From Amoebophrya sp. A120 (lineage: Eukaryota > Protista > Dinoflagellata): 64,000 bases of DNA. Position 1 is the first letter of the stretch. Each line of letters starts with the position of its first letter. Of the stretch, positions 26,801 through 39,146 are shown in pieces. The position numbers were made by a program, and so were the translations under genes. The notes beneath the pieces were generated by a model, which saw only the letters and a program-made list of their open reading frames with translations, had not been told where the DNA came from and ran no database searches. The stretch covers positions 9,383,865-9,447,864 of the forward strand of contig CAJINV010000001.1 of NCBI GenBank assembly GCA_905178155.1. Reading direction: 5' to 3'.

Positions 26801-28325
26801 GTCAATAATGTGTTTCAGCACGACTACGAGGAGAGCAAAGACGACGCGTCTTCACGGGCGAATATCTCCAGCATTGTGGCGGAGGGGTCCGCGGTGTACA
26901 ACAAGCAGAGCCTGGATTTCCAGAAATCCGTCATGATCGCCGACCAGGAGATCCTGGACGATTCTTCCGACGACGGCGGCGTCTTCGGCGGGGGTTCCTC
27001 TTCGCAGAGTAAGGATCGAGTAAATTACCCCCCAGGTGGTGGACAAGGCACTGAAGATATCAACGCGCACATCCTCGGTAGCGACGAGTCCAGCAACAGA
27101 GAGTCTACCTCGCCGAAGCAGTCCGAAGCGACGATCCGGCAGCCGAATCTGATGACGGCTCGGGACTCGACGCCCGGCACGCTGAACCAGACCAGCCAGA
27201 GTATCATCGAACAGCAAGTACTAGCGAGGAGTGCGGAGCGAGATGAACAGCGCTTCGTCTCTCAATTACCAGCGGTAAGTAGCAAGACCGGCACGTCGAA
27301 AACCAGCAGTGCTAGCAGCGAACCGGTCGTCCGTGAGGTGGGCCAGAGGCAGCAACTACAAACCTTGGACGCGAACACCGCAGCTAACGCTGTTACATCC
27401 TCTTCCCAATCCCAGTCGCATGCCACGTCGAACAGCCAGACGTATTTTGTGACCCCGAAAACCATCAATACGTCCACCTCGTCCTCCTCGAAATACGGCG
27501 GGTCGGCCGCGATTCAGAAGATCTCGTCCAGCAACGCGTCGGACAGGCGGTCCCGTGCCGGCGACTTCTCGGTGTCGAACTCGCTGCGCCGCCAGGTCAG
27601 CAGCGACCTGTCCGTGAAGCTGTTCTGTTTCGCGTTTCTCGCGGAGCTGGTCGAGGATCAGCTGCAGGACGTCGCAGATTTGCGAAGCTATCTCGGCAAG
27701 GAGGTGTTTGGCCAGCAGCTCGGGCGACGGGAAACGTACGATTTGGATTTCATCTTCCGGTTTCTGCTGGACATCCAAGACCACGCCGAGGAAACGATTG
27801 AAGAATTCTTCGAGGCGGACAATCTCGGTATGATTTATCTAAGATTGTTCGAATCTATATATAGAAATTTCTTATAGTGTCACCACGTTTATTTGTATGC
27901 TAGTTTGTCTTCGTGTTGGTGTTCGTGTTTGTGCATGGTTTATTGAAGCGCAAGCCAAGTGTACTATAGGAACAAGAACATAATTTTCATCCTCAGCTGT
28001 GGAGCACATCCACGCGGCGTTGTTTTTGGTTCCGGAGGACGCCAACCCGCAATTTCAGAAGGTGATGAAGGAGCACTGTGCTTTTCTCGAAGCGCGCCGG
28101 GGGAAGCAGATCCTGGAGCAAAATTGCGAGTGGTACCAGAAGAGGAGTCAGCTGGGCTCCTCCGCCCCTGGGAGCAAGCAATCCGTCAGCAGTGGCGGGC
28201 CCGCGGGCGGTGCTGGTGGAAATACAGGGAGTAAAAGCCGGCCTTTGCAACTGAACCCCGCGTTTCTCGGAACCTCTGTGGTCGCGGTGGAAGAGAGCGA
28301 GTTCGCAGAGATTTCAGATCTGTAG
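23856..28325 (+). CDS. Large low-complexity/coiled-coil protein of unknown function; probable introns ~26146-26369 (non-canonical) and 27828-27996
   Basis: ORFs 23856-26210, 26453-27877 and 27999-28325 can be joined in frame; could be two genes. Confidence 0.6.
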
Positions 28326-29213
28326 GAAGAACGATGGATGTTAACCAGCAGAAGTAAAGTAGCAATAGCTGCCCATCTACTTCAGAAATGACATCAATGA
28401 GCATGTTGCGCTCTGTTCGTCGAGATCTTTGCTTTTGAATGAACCAAATGACGAAGCAGGAGAGCTCATAAATCAACGCTGCCCTCTGTTGCAATTGTCC
28501 CACGGTTTGAGAATTTTTGTTTCAGCTAGTACTCAGTCTGCTGTTGTTCTTGCAGCCAGGAAGCTGTAATCGCTGATGCAATGATGCAGGGGTCATTCAC
28601 ATGCGGTAGTTACGGAAACGAAAGCGAAGTACGTAGAACTGCCATATTCACGTAATTGAAAATAGAAGACGAGTATTGTTTTCGCTCTGTAAAATGCCAG
28701 GAAGACAACAAATTGTTGTTGACTGCTGGACTGCATCTGCAACTTGATCAAGTGCCAAAATCTTTTCTGCAAGAAGTGGTAGGTACAAGAAGAAGGAAAT
28801 GGAAAAGTTTATCGAAATGACGATCAGGATCACTTCGAACAAGCAATGCGAATATGTAGACGCAGCAATCAACGCGATCCACATTTTTGCTATTTGAAGT
28901 GTGTCGACTTCAGAAGTAGTACCAGCCTAGGAGTTCGAGTTTCTTCTTCTCCCCTACTTCATCGACATTTTTTTTTCCTTTTGATGCTGGAGCTAACTCT
29001 TTACTTGCTGCAATTTCGTATTTTTCGCTCATGAGTTGTAGTTTTGCTGAAAGGATTTTACACTCGTCCAGACCTCTACACCGCCTTAGTACCTTCCAAA
29101 CAGAAACGAAGCGTAAACGCCGAATTAGTTGAAGGTTTCCTTGTGTCACCTTATCCTTTTTAGTGCCTCGTCTTAATCGATCCTACAATAGAGAGGTCAA
29201 GCAAAAGAAAAAA

Positions 29214-30525
29214 ATGAACGCCTCCGGCGGGACCAACTGGCCCTCGGACCCAAACGCGTACGAGAAGACCACCCTTATCGGGACTGGCGCCTCCGCCAAG
29301 GTGCACATTGCGAAGACGAACGACAACAGAATATGTGCACTGAAAATATTGGACTTGGAAGCGCTCGTGCACGACGATGTGTTGGACGAAATTCGAAAAG
29401 AGTTGCAGGCCATGGCTTTGTGCCGTCACCCCAACGTCATTTCGCACTACGTGTCTTTCCCCTACAAACGACAAATGTGGCTGGTCATGCCACTGATGCC
29501 CGGAGGCAGTGCCGCGGATCTGTTGCGATCCCAGTTCCCGCACGGGTTTAAGAATGAACTCGGAATATTGCTGCACATCCTCTACGAAACCTTGAAGGCA
29601 CTGGAGTATTTACACGACGACAAAAACAAACAGATCCACCGGGACTTGAAGGCAGCAAATCTACTTCTCGGCGCGCAGGTACGATGAAGCTGAATGTTTT
29701 TGGTTCGAAAGCGAAACATCAACCAAGTCCAAGTTCACCACGTCTTCCGCGTTTATTGCTTTGAACTACAAATGCTGCAGCTAAAACAAAAACTCAAAGA
29801 AACATATGCTCATTATTTCGATTCCAACAGGCTGAGGTCTTTTACTTTTTGAGACGATATTTTGAGAAAAAAAACGAAAACTAAATCAGGGCGAAGTGTG
29901 CCTCGCGGATTTCGGCGTTGCGGCTACACTGAAAGAGCAGCGAACAAGGAATACCTTCGTCGGGACTCCGTGCTGGATGGCCCCGGAAGTGCTGCAGGCC
30001 GGACAGAGTGGCGCGCAGGGGGGCTACACACAAAAGGCGGATATTTGGTCCCTGGGCATCACCGCACTAGAACTGTACAACGGCGAGGCGCCCTACCAGC
30101 GGCTGCACCACTTGAAGATCATGCAGAACATTTTGGACAAGCCCCCACCTGTCGCGCCCCAGGAGGCGGACCCGGGGTTTCGTGAGTTTGTCTCCTACTG
30201 CCTGCAGAAGAACCCGAGCAAGAGGCCCGGTGCCAAGGAGCTGATCGGGGCCCGGAATTTTGGCTGGGAGAGACGGACTCCCGACCGCCTGAAAGCGATC
30301 ATTGAGCGCCTTCCCCCGCTGGAGGAAAGGAGAAAGATCAAACAGCTCGCCGAGCGAAATCCGCAGACGTCCGGTGCGAGCGGTGGCCCAAAGGGACAAA
30401 GCGGCGCGACCGAGGAGTGGAACTTTGATTTGCCGGAAGACGAAACCAGCAAGGACCTGGCCGCGGATAAGAATGTTCCCGGACACGTCACCTTTGCCGG
30501 TTTGCCGGAGGACGATGAGGCATAG
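29214..30525 (+). CDS. STE20-family Ser/Thr kinase (OSR1/SPAK/BLUS1-like), copy 1; intron 29679-29889
   Basis: IGTGASAKV, ALKILDLE, HRDLKAANLL, DFG, TFVGTPCWMAPE, KADIWSLGITALEL. Confidence 0.93.
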
Positions 30526-31626
30526 TCGTAGAGGTTTCTCTGGAGCGGTGTGATGGTGAATCTGCAGGCATAGAGGTTTCTCTTGTCGTTCTGGAGCTGC
30601 ATGCGCATTCATCCAACATTTTCATGTATCACCCGAAATGCAACTACGCACTGAAGAAAAAGCTGACTCATGTGGACAATTGCAAAAGTCCTTTATCGCA
30701 CCCGCAAACGCAGTACTTCACCTAGTTCCGCCCTCATGAAAAACATTATACCGCCATTATCATACGAAACATATTCATCGCTGGCGACACAGACAAAGAA
30801 CTGTATAGAAAAACGACATCAAATAAGTAAGACCCGGAAGTGCCATTGGAGTTTTCCCTCAAGGTGCGGACAAAACATTTGCACACGGGTCCAAGTTCTG
30901 TGTTCCCTCGATGTTTGCAGCGTCGAAGTCAAGGACTCTTCTTATTTCACTCCGAGTTTACGTTCAGTTGGTTCTGTCGATCGCTCCTGCCCTGGTTCAC
31001 GTGCCGGTCGAACTTTATCATAAGTAGAAATAGCTGACCGATAGCGATACAGCAAAAGCTGCAAAATCCGGTCCGATTCAGGGAGAAGACAGGCGCCCGT
31101 CGCTGGAATTTGAAGGCAATGTTGGGATCATGTTGACAGCAGCTCAGGCGCAAGGTCACGAGGATCGATACGGTGGTGCCTTACGATAGACTTCATCGCG
31201 AAAGACTGCGCCGGAGATCAAGATCATTTCCTCGATCTTCTTGTTTCTGTTTGACCTCCTATCATGGAAGCAAAAGTCAACCATGAATCCTGTTCTATGA
31301 AGATGAAAAGTAAGAAAGCAGAAACAAAACAAGTTTTTTTTTACGTAGTTTCGTTGTTTGCTGTTTGTGGCTTTGAATATTAAGAGCTACGACATTCCTT
31401 GCTTCCTGTTCGTGAATAACACTGTGGTTGATTTTTCGCCTAGAAGATCTAGTTTTGCTGAGGGTGAAAAGATGTAAAACGTCGTTCAGAGGTCTACATC
31501 TACTCGGTACCGTTGGAACGGGAAACGTAAACGTCTTGCTACTTTAAGTTTACGCTGTATTACCTCACCCTGTTTCATGCCCTACATAAATTGATCCTGC
31601 TATACCAGAGGGACAAAAAAACAAAC

Positions 31627-32865
31627 ATGAACGCTTCCGGCGGGACCAAATGGCCTTCGGACCCGAACGCGTACGAGATGACCACCCTAATCGGGACCGG
31701 CGCCTCCGCCAGGGTGCACATTGCCAGAACGAACGACAACAGAACATGTGCACTGAAAATATTGGACTTGGAAGCGCTCGCGAACGACGACGTACTGGAC
31801 GAAATTCGGAAGGAATTGCAGGCCATGGCTTTGTGCCGTCACCCCAACATCATCTCGCACTACGTGTCTTTCCCCTACAAACGACAAATGTGGCTGGTCA
31901 TGCCACTGATGCCCGGAGGCAGTGCCGCGGACCTGTTGCGTTCGCAGTTCCCGGGCGGGTTTAAGAATGATGAACTCGGAACGGTGCTGCACATTCTCTA
32001 CGAAATTTCAAAGGCGTTGGAGTATTTACACGACGAAAAAAACAAGCAAATCCACCGAGACTTGAAGGGCGCAAATGTACTGCTCGGAGCACAGGTATGG
32101 TGAAGGTTTTTACTTTTGTTCAAAGCGACTAGCAGCACCACGCATTTTGCGTCTGTTGCTTTCTCTTTTTCATTTCCCGTGAGTGCCCTACTAATTTTCT
32201 CGAGTTTTGTAGGCAGTCCTTCTTTCGAGATGACTTACATAGCTAGAAAAATAAAACGAAAACTTCTATACCAGGGCGAAGTGTGCCTTGCAGATTTTGG
32301 CGTTGCGGCCACACTGAAAGAGCAGCGAACAAGGAATACCTGCATTGGGACTCCACACTGGATGGCCCCGGAAGTGCTGCAGGCCGGACAGAGCGGCGCG
32401 CAATGGGGCTACACGCAAAAGGCGGACATTTGGTCTCTGGGTATCACCGCACTCGAACTGTACAACGGCGCGGCGCCCTACCAGCGCCAGCGGCTGCACT
32501 ACTTCGAGATCATGGAGAACATTTTGAACATGCCCCCACCCGTCGCGCCCCAGGAGGCGGACCCCAGGTTTCGTGAGTTCGTCTCCTACTGCCTGCAGAA
32601 GAACCCAAGCAGCCGGCCCCGCGCTAAGGAGCTGATCGGGGCCCAGAACTTCGGCTGGGAAAGACGGAGTCCCGACCGGCTGAAAGCGATCATTGAGAGC
32701 CTCCCCCCACTGGAGGAGAGGACAATGATCGGGCAGCTCGCCGAAACATCCGGCTCCGGGGCGAGTGGTGGCGTGAATGGACAGAGCGGTGCGGCCGGAC
32801 AGAGCGGCGCGAGCGAAGAGTGGAATTTTGATTTGCCAGAAGACGAAACCGGTACCACGTTGTAA
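31627..32865 (+). CDS. STE20-family kinase copy 2 with a shortened C-terminus; intron 32095-32274
   Basis: Same motifs and intron position as copy 1; TAA at 32863-32865 precedes an out-of-frame EDDEA* remnant. Confidence 0.88.
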
Positions 32866-33916
32866 CGGGCCGCGGACGAGCGTTGTAACGGGACCCGTCA
32901 TCTTTTCCAATTTAACTGGAGAGGACGATGAGGCATAGAGATATTCTCTTCTAGGAAGAGGAGTTGGTGAATCTAGATAATCATGTTCAGTGACATGTTC
33001 AACACGTTGTAGAACTATAACTAAGCAGTCAGTGGCTGTTCTTCCTGAGGCTGAGCTTGGCCTTGACATGCATTCCAATTTTGATTGAAATTTTCATTAT
33101 CGCCAGAAAATGCAACTACGCATTTCCATTTGTTTTGAAGAAAAAGCTATACTCATGTGGATAATCGATGCTAGTAATGTAATTGTAAAATAGACTTATC
33201 TTTATGTTTATGATGCTAATTTGAATTCTAGTATTTCTTTTTCTATTTCACCTATGCTGCCGCAGCCGCTATGATACCATCACAAAAAGAACATATTCAT
33301 GCTCCCTCGTTCGCGGGGACACAGACAAGAAGCAGTATTCAAGAAGGGTACTGGGCACTGAAGCAGTATTCAATGATTATCAAATTCAAAGACCAAGAGC
33401 CATTGGAGTTTTCCCTCATCCGCGGACAAAAATACGCATGTAGGCTCAATTGTAAGAATTTTTGCAACAACCACAAGCACTCTTCCAATAGAAAATAAGC
33501 TTGCGCGCACGCAGCTCCCTCGTCGTACGAGTACGTGGGGTTGAAGTAGACGAATGCTCTTGTTTAACTTCGAGCTCAGTTCTGTTCGGTGCTCCTGCTC
33601 CTGTTTCACCGTCTCCGTCTCGCGCCAGTCAAACTTTATGATCGAATTCCTCAGGAGCCGGTGCCGGTCCAGGGAAAAAAGTCGGTCCGATGTAGGGAGG
33701 ACAGAGCCGCCCCCAGATGGAACTTGAACCCAATGAATTCTGACATCATCATGACAGATCCGGCACAAGGCCAGGACGATCTATTTATTACAGGCGGCGG
33801 GGATTTCGATTTCGACTTCTCGGTCCCCTCCTGGCTTTTTGATCTCCTATGACAGCCAAACTTACTGTTCAATCCCGTTGGTTCTCTATTTCCTATTGTA
33901 TTTTGATGAACAACAA

Positions 33917-36900
33917 ATGTGGTTGATTTGTTCGGTAACTTTGGTGCTTCTCGCGTCCCCGACTCGAAGCGAAGCAAGCACAGCTTCCAGATGTGCAGGA
34001 ATTATACCAGCTGCCTCATCAACCGCCTGCCCAGATTTCCACATTTCCTGGGACCACGAAGCAGCAACGCCTGAAGAAAAGGACTTCATCGAAACCTGTT
34101 GCGCCAATCGCAACCTGCTCTTGGACCATCTTCCGCCGTTTCTCGGGAATCAGATCGCAACTCTCGCGGAATTTTTGTTTCTCGGATACCAAACAGGACG
34201 AATTATTGTTATACCTTCGCAGTGGGAAGCTCTCTACGGCGAGACAGTCCGTAAGCTCCAGGACTACATTGCAGATTGGTCTTTGTTCAACCTCGCGAAG
34301 GACCGGTATGAGTGGAATAGGACTGCGACTATCTCAACATCATCATCAAACGTGGAAGATGCGTATGTCAAACCAGTTCACCCGTTGAGGGTGGAATGGC
34401 GAACAGAGTTTGACGTTGCCGAAGTCCTACCAAGGAGAACATCGACCGACTCCGAGCAGAAATCCAAGATTCCGGTGTTAGACTTCACAGGGGGACAGTT
34501 GCGCGACGGTCCGATGCGATGGACGGTGGATCCGAAAATCACGAAGGCGCAAGCGCTGTTTGCAAGTGTTTTCCGCGGCAGATCTGACTTCTATCGCACT
34601 GCTACAGGAGAAGCTGCGGGTGGTACGGAGCTGCAACTAGAGGCTGGAGCAACCTCCGTGCGTTACACCATCAATGACGGAACTGGTTCTGTCGCACCGG
34701 TGTACGGGGATGCTCTCGAACTGGAAAGCGTGTCGGAGGACGATATCGTGGCGAAAAGTCTACAACCGGGCGAAGTTAGACAAGCACTGCCTCCCAGTGA
34801 TGTGTTGCCTCACGAATTTTCGCAGTTTCCGTGCATACAGAAAGACCTTTTTCATTCATCTTCTCTTGTTAACCAAGGCAGCCAGCTTCCTGTTTCCGCT
34901 CGCAATGAGACGACGCACACCTTTTACCAGTACAAGCGTGCGTGCTTCTTGGAATTTCTCAAGTCCAAAGCCGTGCAGGCCGATCCAGTCGTGGTGCTGC
35001 GCCAGACGTGGCACGCTTTTCACGGGTTCTGGGAGCCAGAGGACGTCGGAGCAAGTAGTGATTCCGGAAGTAGGAAGAAGGCAGGAGATCCGGACGATCT
35101 GGACGAAATTCCAAGCCCTTTGGCCACCGAGGTGTTCGCGTCTGTCTTTGAAGGCACGGCCGAACAGCAGGGAAGATCGTCCAGTTCTTTGAAGCACGAC
35201 GACAAGCACAGCATCCACAAATTGCGGCAGCCGCTCGAGCGCGATGAAAACGACCCACTGAATTTGGAAAGCCGGCCTGAGCCAATCATCGGAACACAGT
35301 TTCTCGACGCGTTCTTTGCTTTTTTCCACCGAGAAACGCTGGAAAAGCTTTTCGTCCGTCCCTACATACTTGCCGCCGAAGAGCGGAGAAGGAAGGAAGA
35401 GAGAGAACGGACGGAGCGACTAAATGCCATGTACGATCTTCCTCCAGCGGCCACACAGTACAAGTGCGGGCTCACGGTGAACGCGGACGAGACGACCATG
35501 GGGTGGCATGGTTGTCAGTTGGAAAGTGCGGCGGGGAACAGAAGTGGCGGAAGCGGCAGGTTTTCTTCGACTCAAGCGCAAGCGGAACCGAAAGACGACC
35601 CAGCACCGCATCCGCAGCCAACTCTGTTGGAGTCTGTCGTCGACTTTTTCCTGAGCCAGAAAGTTTTTGTCGTCCACCTACGATCGATGACGCGCTTACT
35701 GGAAGTGGAGGAAATTGTTGAGGAATATCAAAAGGTTGCAACGCTCTACACTATCTTCGGTGAAGAAGTCGAGATCGGTAGCTCCAGCGAGGAAAGCGAA
35801 GCTTTGGGCGACCTAGCATCATGCGGAGATGATGATGGTGATGATGATGTTAGTGCTGACGATCACGTGTCAACGTCTACTGTTGGTGAGAGCATCGCAG
35901 CGTCTTCCAGCACCTCGACAACTTCGACCTCGGCCGCAGACCGGCTGCCACTCCAGTACAGCGCCAACCTACGCCCTCGCTCTGGAAAACGCAAAAGAAC
36001 GCAGGAAAACAAGCGCGTGGTGCGGCGCTTCTCAGCAGTAAACACGGACGAAGAGGAGAAAATTGGCGAAGTACCAGACGGTCAGAGTCCCGGAACGGAA
36101 AGCAACTCTCTCAAGACTGACGCTGCTGATAAACCCAAGAAAAAATGTCGTAATTCTCGTCGGGCACGGGCACACTCGTCAAGAGTTCGCATATTAAAGG
36201 ACGTCGGAAGCCTGCGGCAAGACTTTGTTCTCTACTTCAGTAGTGACAACCCGGATTCTGTCGGTGTGCGCGCGCTCGCGGAGTACTTCACGCGAAAATA
36301 CAATTTCCAAGTCATTACGAGTGCCGACACGCGGGACTGGGCGCGCGCCCTGAAACTCGAAGGAGAGGTTGACATAGAGTCGGTCTTTCAGGAGAACTCG
36401 TCCGAGGATTTGGTCGCGCAAGAGGCGCAAAAGGCTTCCGGCACTTCTAGGATCATGTCCGGCACCCGATATGGTAGTCTCCCGGACTTTCATTTGTTTC
36501 TCGAACTCTTTCTGGTGTCCATCAGCAACGTCCTGATTGGGTCGCCGTGGAGCAGTTTGTTTTGGCTGTTCAAGCGTTTCCGCAAGATCGTGGAAAGAAA
36601 GATCTTACTTCACCGCACCGTGGACTTTGTCACCTGCGCGGGGCGGATTCGGTCAAATGAGCTGCGGTTTGCCGATCCCTGGTTGATTCTCTGTCGGCCA
36701 GAGAAAAGCGTCACGGCGTTTGAAGGAGCAGCATTTGCGGTCGATGACGAGGGCACAAGAAAAACTGCAGATGAAGGTCAGGCTGGCGGAACATCTTCAG
36801 CGGATAGCGAGCAAATACGTGAACAAGACCACATCAATCCCAACATTCACGAGGAAGACCATGTTCGACCCTTCTACGAGCAACTGGGCTACTTAGTCGG

Positions 36901-38890
36901 ATCACCGTCTATGCACTTGGTTCCGCCTGCTGTCCAGAAGTCTGTTCAGCAAGACAGCGGCGACCGAGTTCTTGTGCAAGATGAGCCAGTAGACGCAGGA
37001 GCTGCACGAGCAGCAGATCATAGCCGCTTGCCCGTCACGTACAGTACCGTGGAGCGTCAGAAGCTCTCTCACGTTCGCTGGGAGGAGATGCGAAGCGTGG
37101 CGTTGCCGTCGTTCGTGACGAGGAACGCACCTGAGATGTTCGGTGACATCGACGCCGGATCCGTGTTTCCCACCGCTTTCTACGCGTTTGACCTCTGGTC
37201 GTGGATGGAGAAATTGGCGGGGTTGCTGAACTGGATACACAGCTCCGCATTTGCGGAAGAGGCTCGCGAGGTGTTTCAACTCGGCGGAGGTGCAGAAGGT
37301 TCTGCTGCAAGTATGGCTGGTGAAGAAATTATTGCTGAAGAGAGGGAGGCTACTACTAGTGCTCCGTCGGAGACGACGAGACAGCAGCCCTGGGGCGAGT
37401 TTCGTGCAGTGACGCACGTCAATCCAGAGCGTGACTTGAAGGAGTCCAAGCAGTTTTCCACGAAGCTACGCGTGTTCCTGACCCTTCGAGAATCGACCAG
37501 ACAGGAGCAGCTAGCGAATAAAGACAAAGATCCCGCCGGGAGGTTTCTTTCCTCTCTTGCGAGTCGCATCTTGGGGAATGTGGCCCTGCAAATGAACATA
37601 AACATGGATGAAGAAGCCGAAAACTACAAGAGCCACGTCTTCGAAACCGACGAGGACACGCCAAATCCACGTGGTGGCAATAACGACTTACTATCGCCGA
37701 TTTTGGTCGATGACGAAGTCGACATTCGGAATGCTTTGACCGATGGAAATCAAAAGTGGTCGCTGGGCGAGATTGTTTTGGGGGTCTGGAACCAAGAAAC
37801 CTTTGTTCGCACAGAAGGCGACGCGAGCTTGAGTTGGTTGCTTTACCTTCGGTTCCTCATCTTGTTCCTGACGCAGGCCAATTACAGTGAAAAAGAGTGT
37901 CGCCGCGAAGTTGCGGTGTTCGCGCACGCCACTTGGCTCTTCTTCTGGGTCTACACGCGCGAGGCGGAAAAACACATTGCAGCAGATAGTCAACACGAAC
38001 ACCAAGCAGTAACAGGTTCTTCCTCACGAACGATTCGCGGTACTATATTCCGGTTGGCAAAAATCTGGCAGGAGCCAGCAGTCCGATACTTACGTCAGCT
38101 TGCGGGTCACTTGAAGAAAACTCGTTGTCAGCCGCAGTTCGTCGCACCGCTCCGTGGCGACTTCGTCGATGCAAATCTACGGGTCCAGGACCAGCACCAG
38201 ACTCGGAAAAGTTTCGGGAATCACATCGCCATAGACTACTACAGAGAGTCCTTCAAAGGCTCAGTTGCGCCACGCGTTTCACGAAAATCTTGCGCGCGGG
38301 TGGCACATCAATCTGCATCAAAACGTATAGAAAGTTCATCCCGACATCAAGCAGAGCCACGATGGACACCGTTTTCGCCACCCACGTTCGAAACTTACAA
38401 TTCGAAAGTGGAAACGTGTTCGTTCGGCGGCCTTGCGGATGTAAAGTTTGAAGACGAGCACTACCTGTCGATCCCAATACGTCCGAAGATGGAGCGGCTG
38501 CTGCTTCGGCAGAACAACCATGTCCTGGACGCGGGACAAGGGGGAACAGATCATTGGGATGATGCTTCGAATCTGGCTTGGGTTTGGTGCGATGCACAAG
38601 GTGAGGTCTTGGAGAAGAGCGCAAGATTTGCAGAATCCGAATCCTACTTCAACTTCGGAGCAGCTCCTAAAGCGGATCGACTATGCGGCGCGGCAACCAG
38701 AAATGCAGCGAATGTCGTGAAAGCGCACACTTTATCAAATGAGAATCGCGATAAAGTGGACGCTGATGCGCATGCGCCCCACGCTGCCTCTGCTACTACA
38801 TATAATGACGACTGGGTGAATTTTTTGAAAAAGATTCAGCAAGTGATTCGTTGGGACCAACACGCGTCCTGGTCCTACACCTGGATATGA
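33917..38890 (+). CDS. Large single-ORF protein with a signal-peptide-like N-terminus and fucosyltransferase-like (GT-B, O-FucT/NodZ-type) motifs
   Basis: ORF of >1600 codons; MWLICSVTLVLLAS; FVVHLRS, VLYFSSD and LELFLVSISNVLIGSPWSS in the expected order; functional call is tentative. Confidence 0.6.
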   Translation: MWLICSVTLVLLASPTRSEASTASRCAGIIPAASSTACPDFHISWDHEAATPEEKDFIETCCANRNLLLDHLPPFLGNQIATLAEFLFLGYQTGRIIVIPSQWEALYGETVRKLQDYIADWSLFNLAKDRYEWNRTATISTSSSNVEDAYVKPVHPLRVEWRTEFDVAEVLPRRTSTDSEQKSKIPVLDFTGGQLRDGPMRWTVDPKITKAQALFASVFRGRSDFYRTATGEAAGGTELQLEAGATSVRYTINDGTGSVAPVYGDALELESVSEDDIVAKSLQPGEVRQALPPSDVLPHEFSQFPCIQKDLFHSSSLVNQGSQLPVSARNETTHTFYQYKRACFLEFLKSKAVQADPVVVLRQTWHAFHGFWEPEDVGASSDSGSRKKAGDPDDLDEIPSPLATEVFASVFEGTAEQQGRSSSSLKHDDKHSIHKLRQPLERDENDPLNLESRPEPIIGTQFLDAFFAFFHRETLEKLFVRPYILAAEERRRKEERERTERLNAMYDLPPAATQYKCGLTVNADETTMGWHGCQLESAAGNRSGGSGRFSSTQAQAEPKDDPAPHPQPTLLESVVDFFLSQKVFVVHLRSMTRLLEVEEIVEEYQKVATLYTIFGEEVEIGSSSEESEALGDLASCGDDDGDDDVSADDHVSTSTVGESIAASSSTSTTSTSAADRLPLQYSANLRPRSGKRKRTQENKRVVRRFSAVNTDEEEKIGEVPDGQSPGTESNSLKTDAADKPKKKCRNSRRARAHSSRVRILKDVGSLRQDFVLYFSSDNPDSVGVRALAEYFTRKYNFQVITSADTRDWARALKLEGEVDIESVFQENSSEDLVAQEAQKASGTSRIMSGTRYGSLPDFHLFLELFLVSISNVLIGSPWSSLFWLFKRFRKIVERKILLHRTVDFVTCAGRIRSNELRFADPWLILCRPEKSVTAFEGAAFAVDDEGTRKTADEGQAGGTSSADSEQIREQDHINPNIHEEDHVRPFYEQLGYLVGSPSMHLVPPAVQKSVQQDSGDRVLVQDEPVDAGAARAADHSRLPVTYSTVERQKLSHVRWEEMRSVALPSFVTRNAPEMFGDIDAGSVFPTAFYAFDLWSWMEKLAGLLNWIHSSAFAEEAREVFQLGGGAEGSAASMAGEEIIAEEREATTSAPSETTRQQPWGEFRAVTHVNPERDLKESKQFSTKLRVFLTLRESTRQEQLANKDKDPAGRFLSSLASRILGNVALQMNINMDEEAENYKSHVFETDEDTPNPRGGNNDLLSPILVDDEVDIRNALTDGNQKWSLGEIVLGVWNQETFVRTEGDASLSWLLYLRFLILFLTQANYSEKECRREVAVFAHATWLFFWVYTREAEKHIAADSQHEHQAVTGSSSRTIRGTIFRLAKIWQEPAVRYLRQLAGHLKKTRCQPQFVAPLRGDFVDANLRVQDQHQTRKSFGNHIAIDYYRESFKGSVAPRVSRKSCARVAHQSASKRIESSSRHQAEPRWTPFSPPTFETYNSKVETCSFGGLADVKFEDEHYLSIPIRPKMERLLLRQNNHVLDAGQGGTDHWDDASNLAWVWCDAQGEVLEKSARFAESESYFNFGAAPKADRLCGAATRNAANVVKAHTLSNENRDKVDADAHAPHAASATTYNDDWVNFLKKIQQVIRWDQHASWSYTWI

Positions 38891-39146
38891 ACAACACAGA
38901 TAATGATAATCTACAGCTTCACAACAGTGAGTGCGGATCATATTCTTGACGAGAAATGCAATTGCAATAGCAATCACAATTTGGCTTCTCCTGTTCCCCC
39001 TAAGCTCCTCCTCACTCTTGTGGCGATGAATATCACGGTGCTCTGGCTCTCGCATTGTTGAGGAGATCAGTATATCATGGTTTTCCTGTATGTAGACAAA
39101 GTAAAATGATATCATCGCTGCTTGTGACCAGATCTTGAAGAGCAAG

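Larger units (their letters stand above)
29040..33435 (+). repeat. Tandem segmental duplication of the kinase locus (~29040-30880 and ~31450-33435)
   Basis: Flanks share AGTTTTGCTGA, CGTAAACG, AAATGCAACTACGCA, ACTCATGTGGA and GCCATTGGAGTTTTCCCTCA. Confidence 0.85.
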
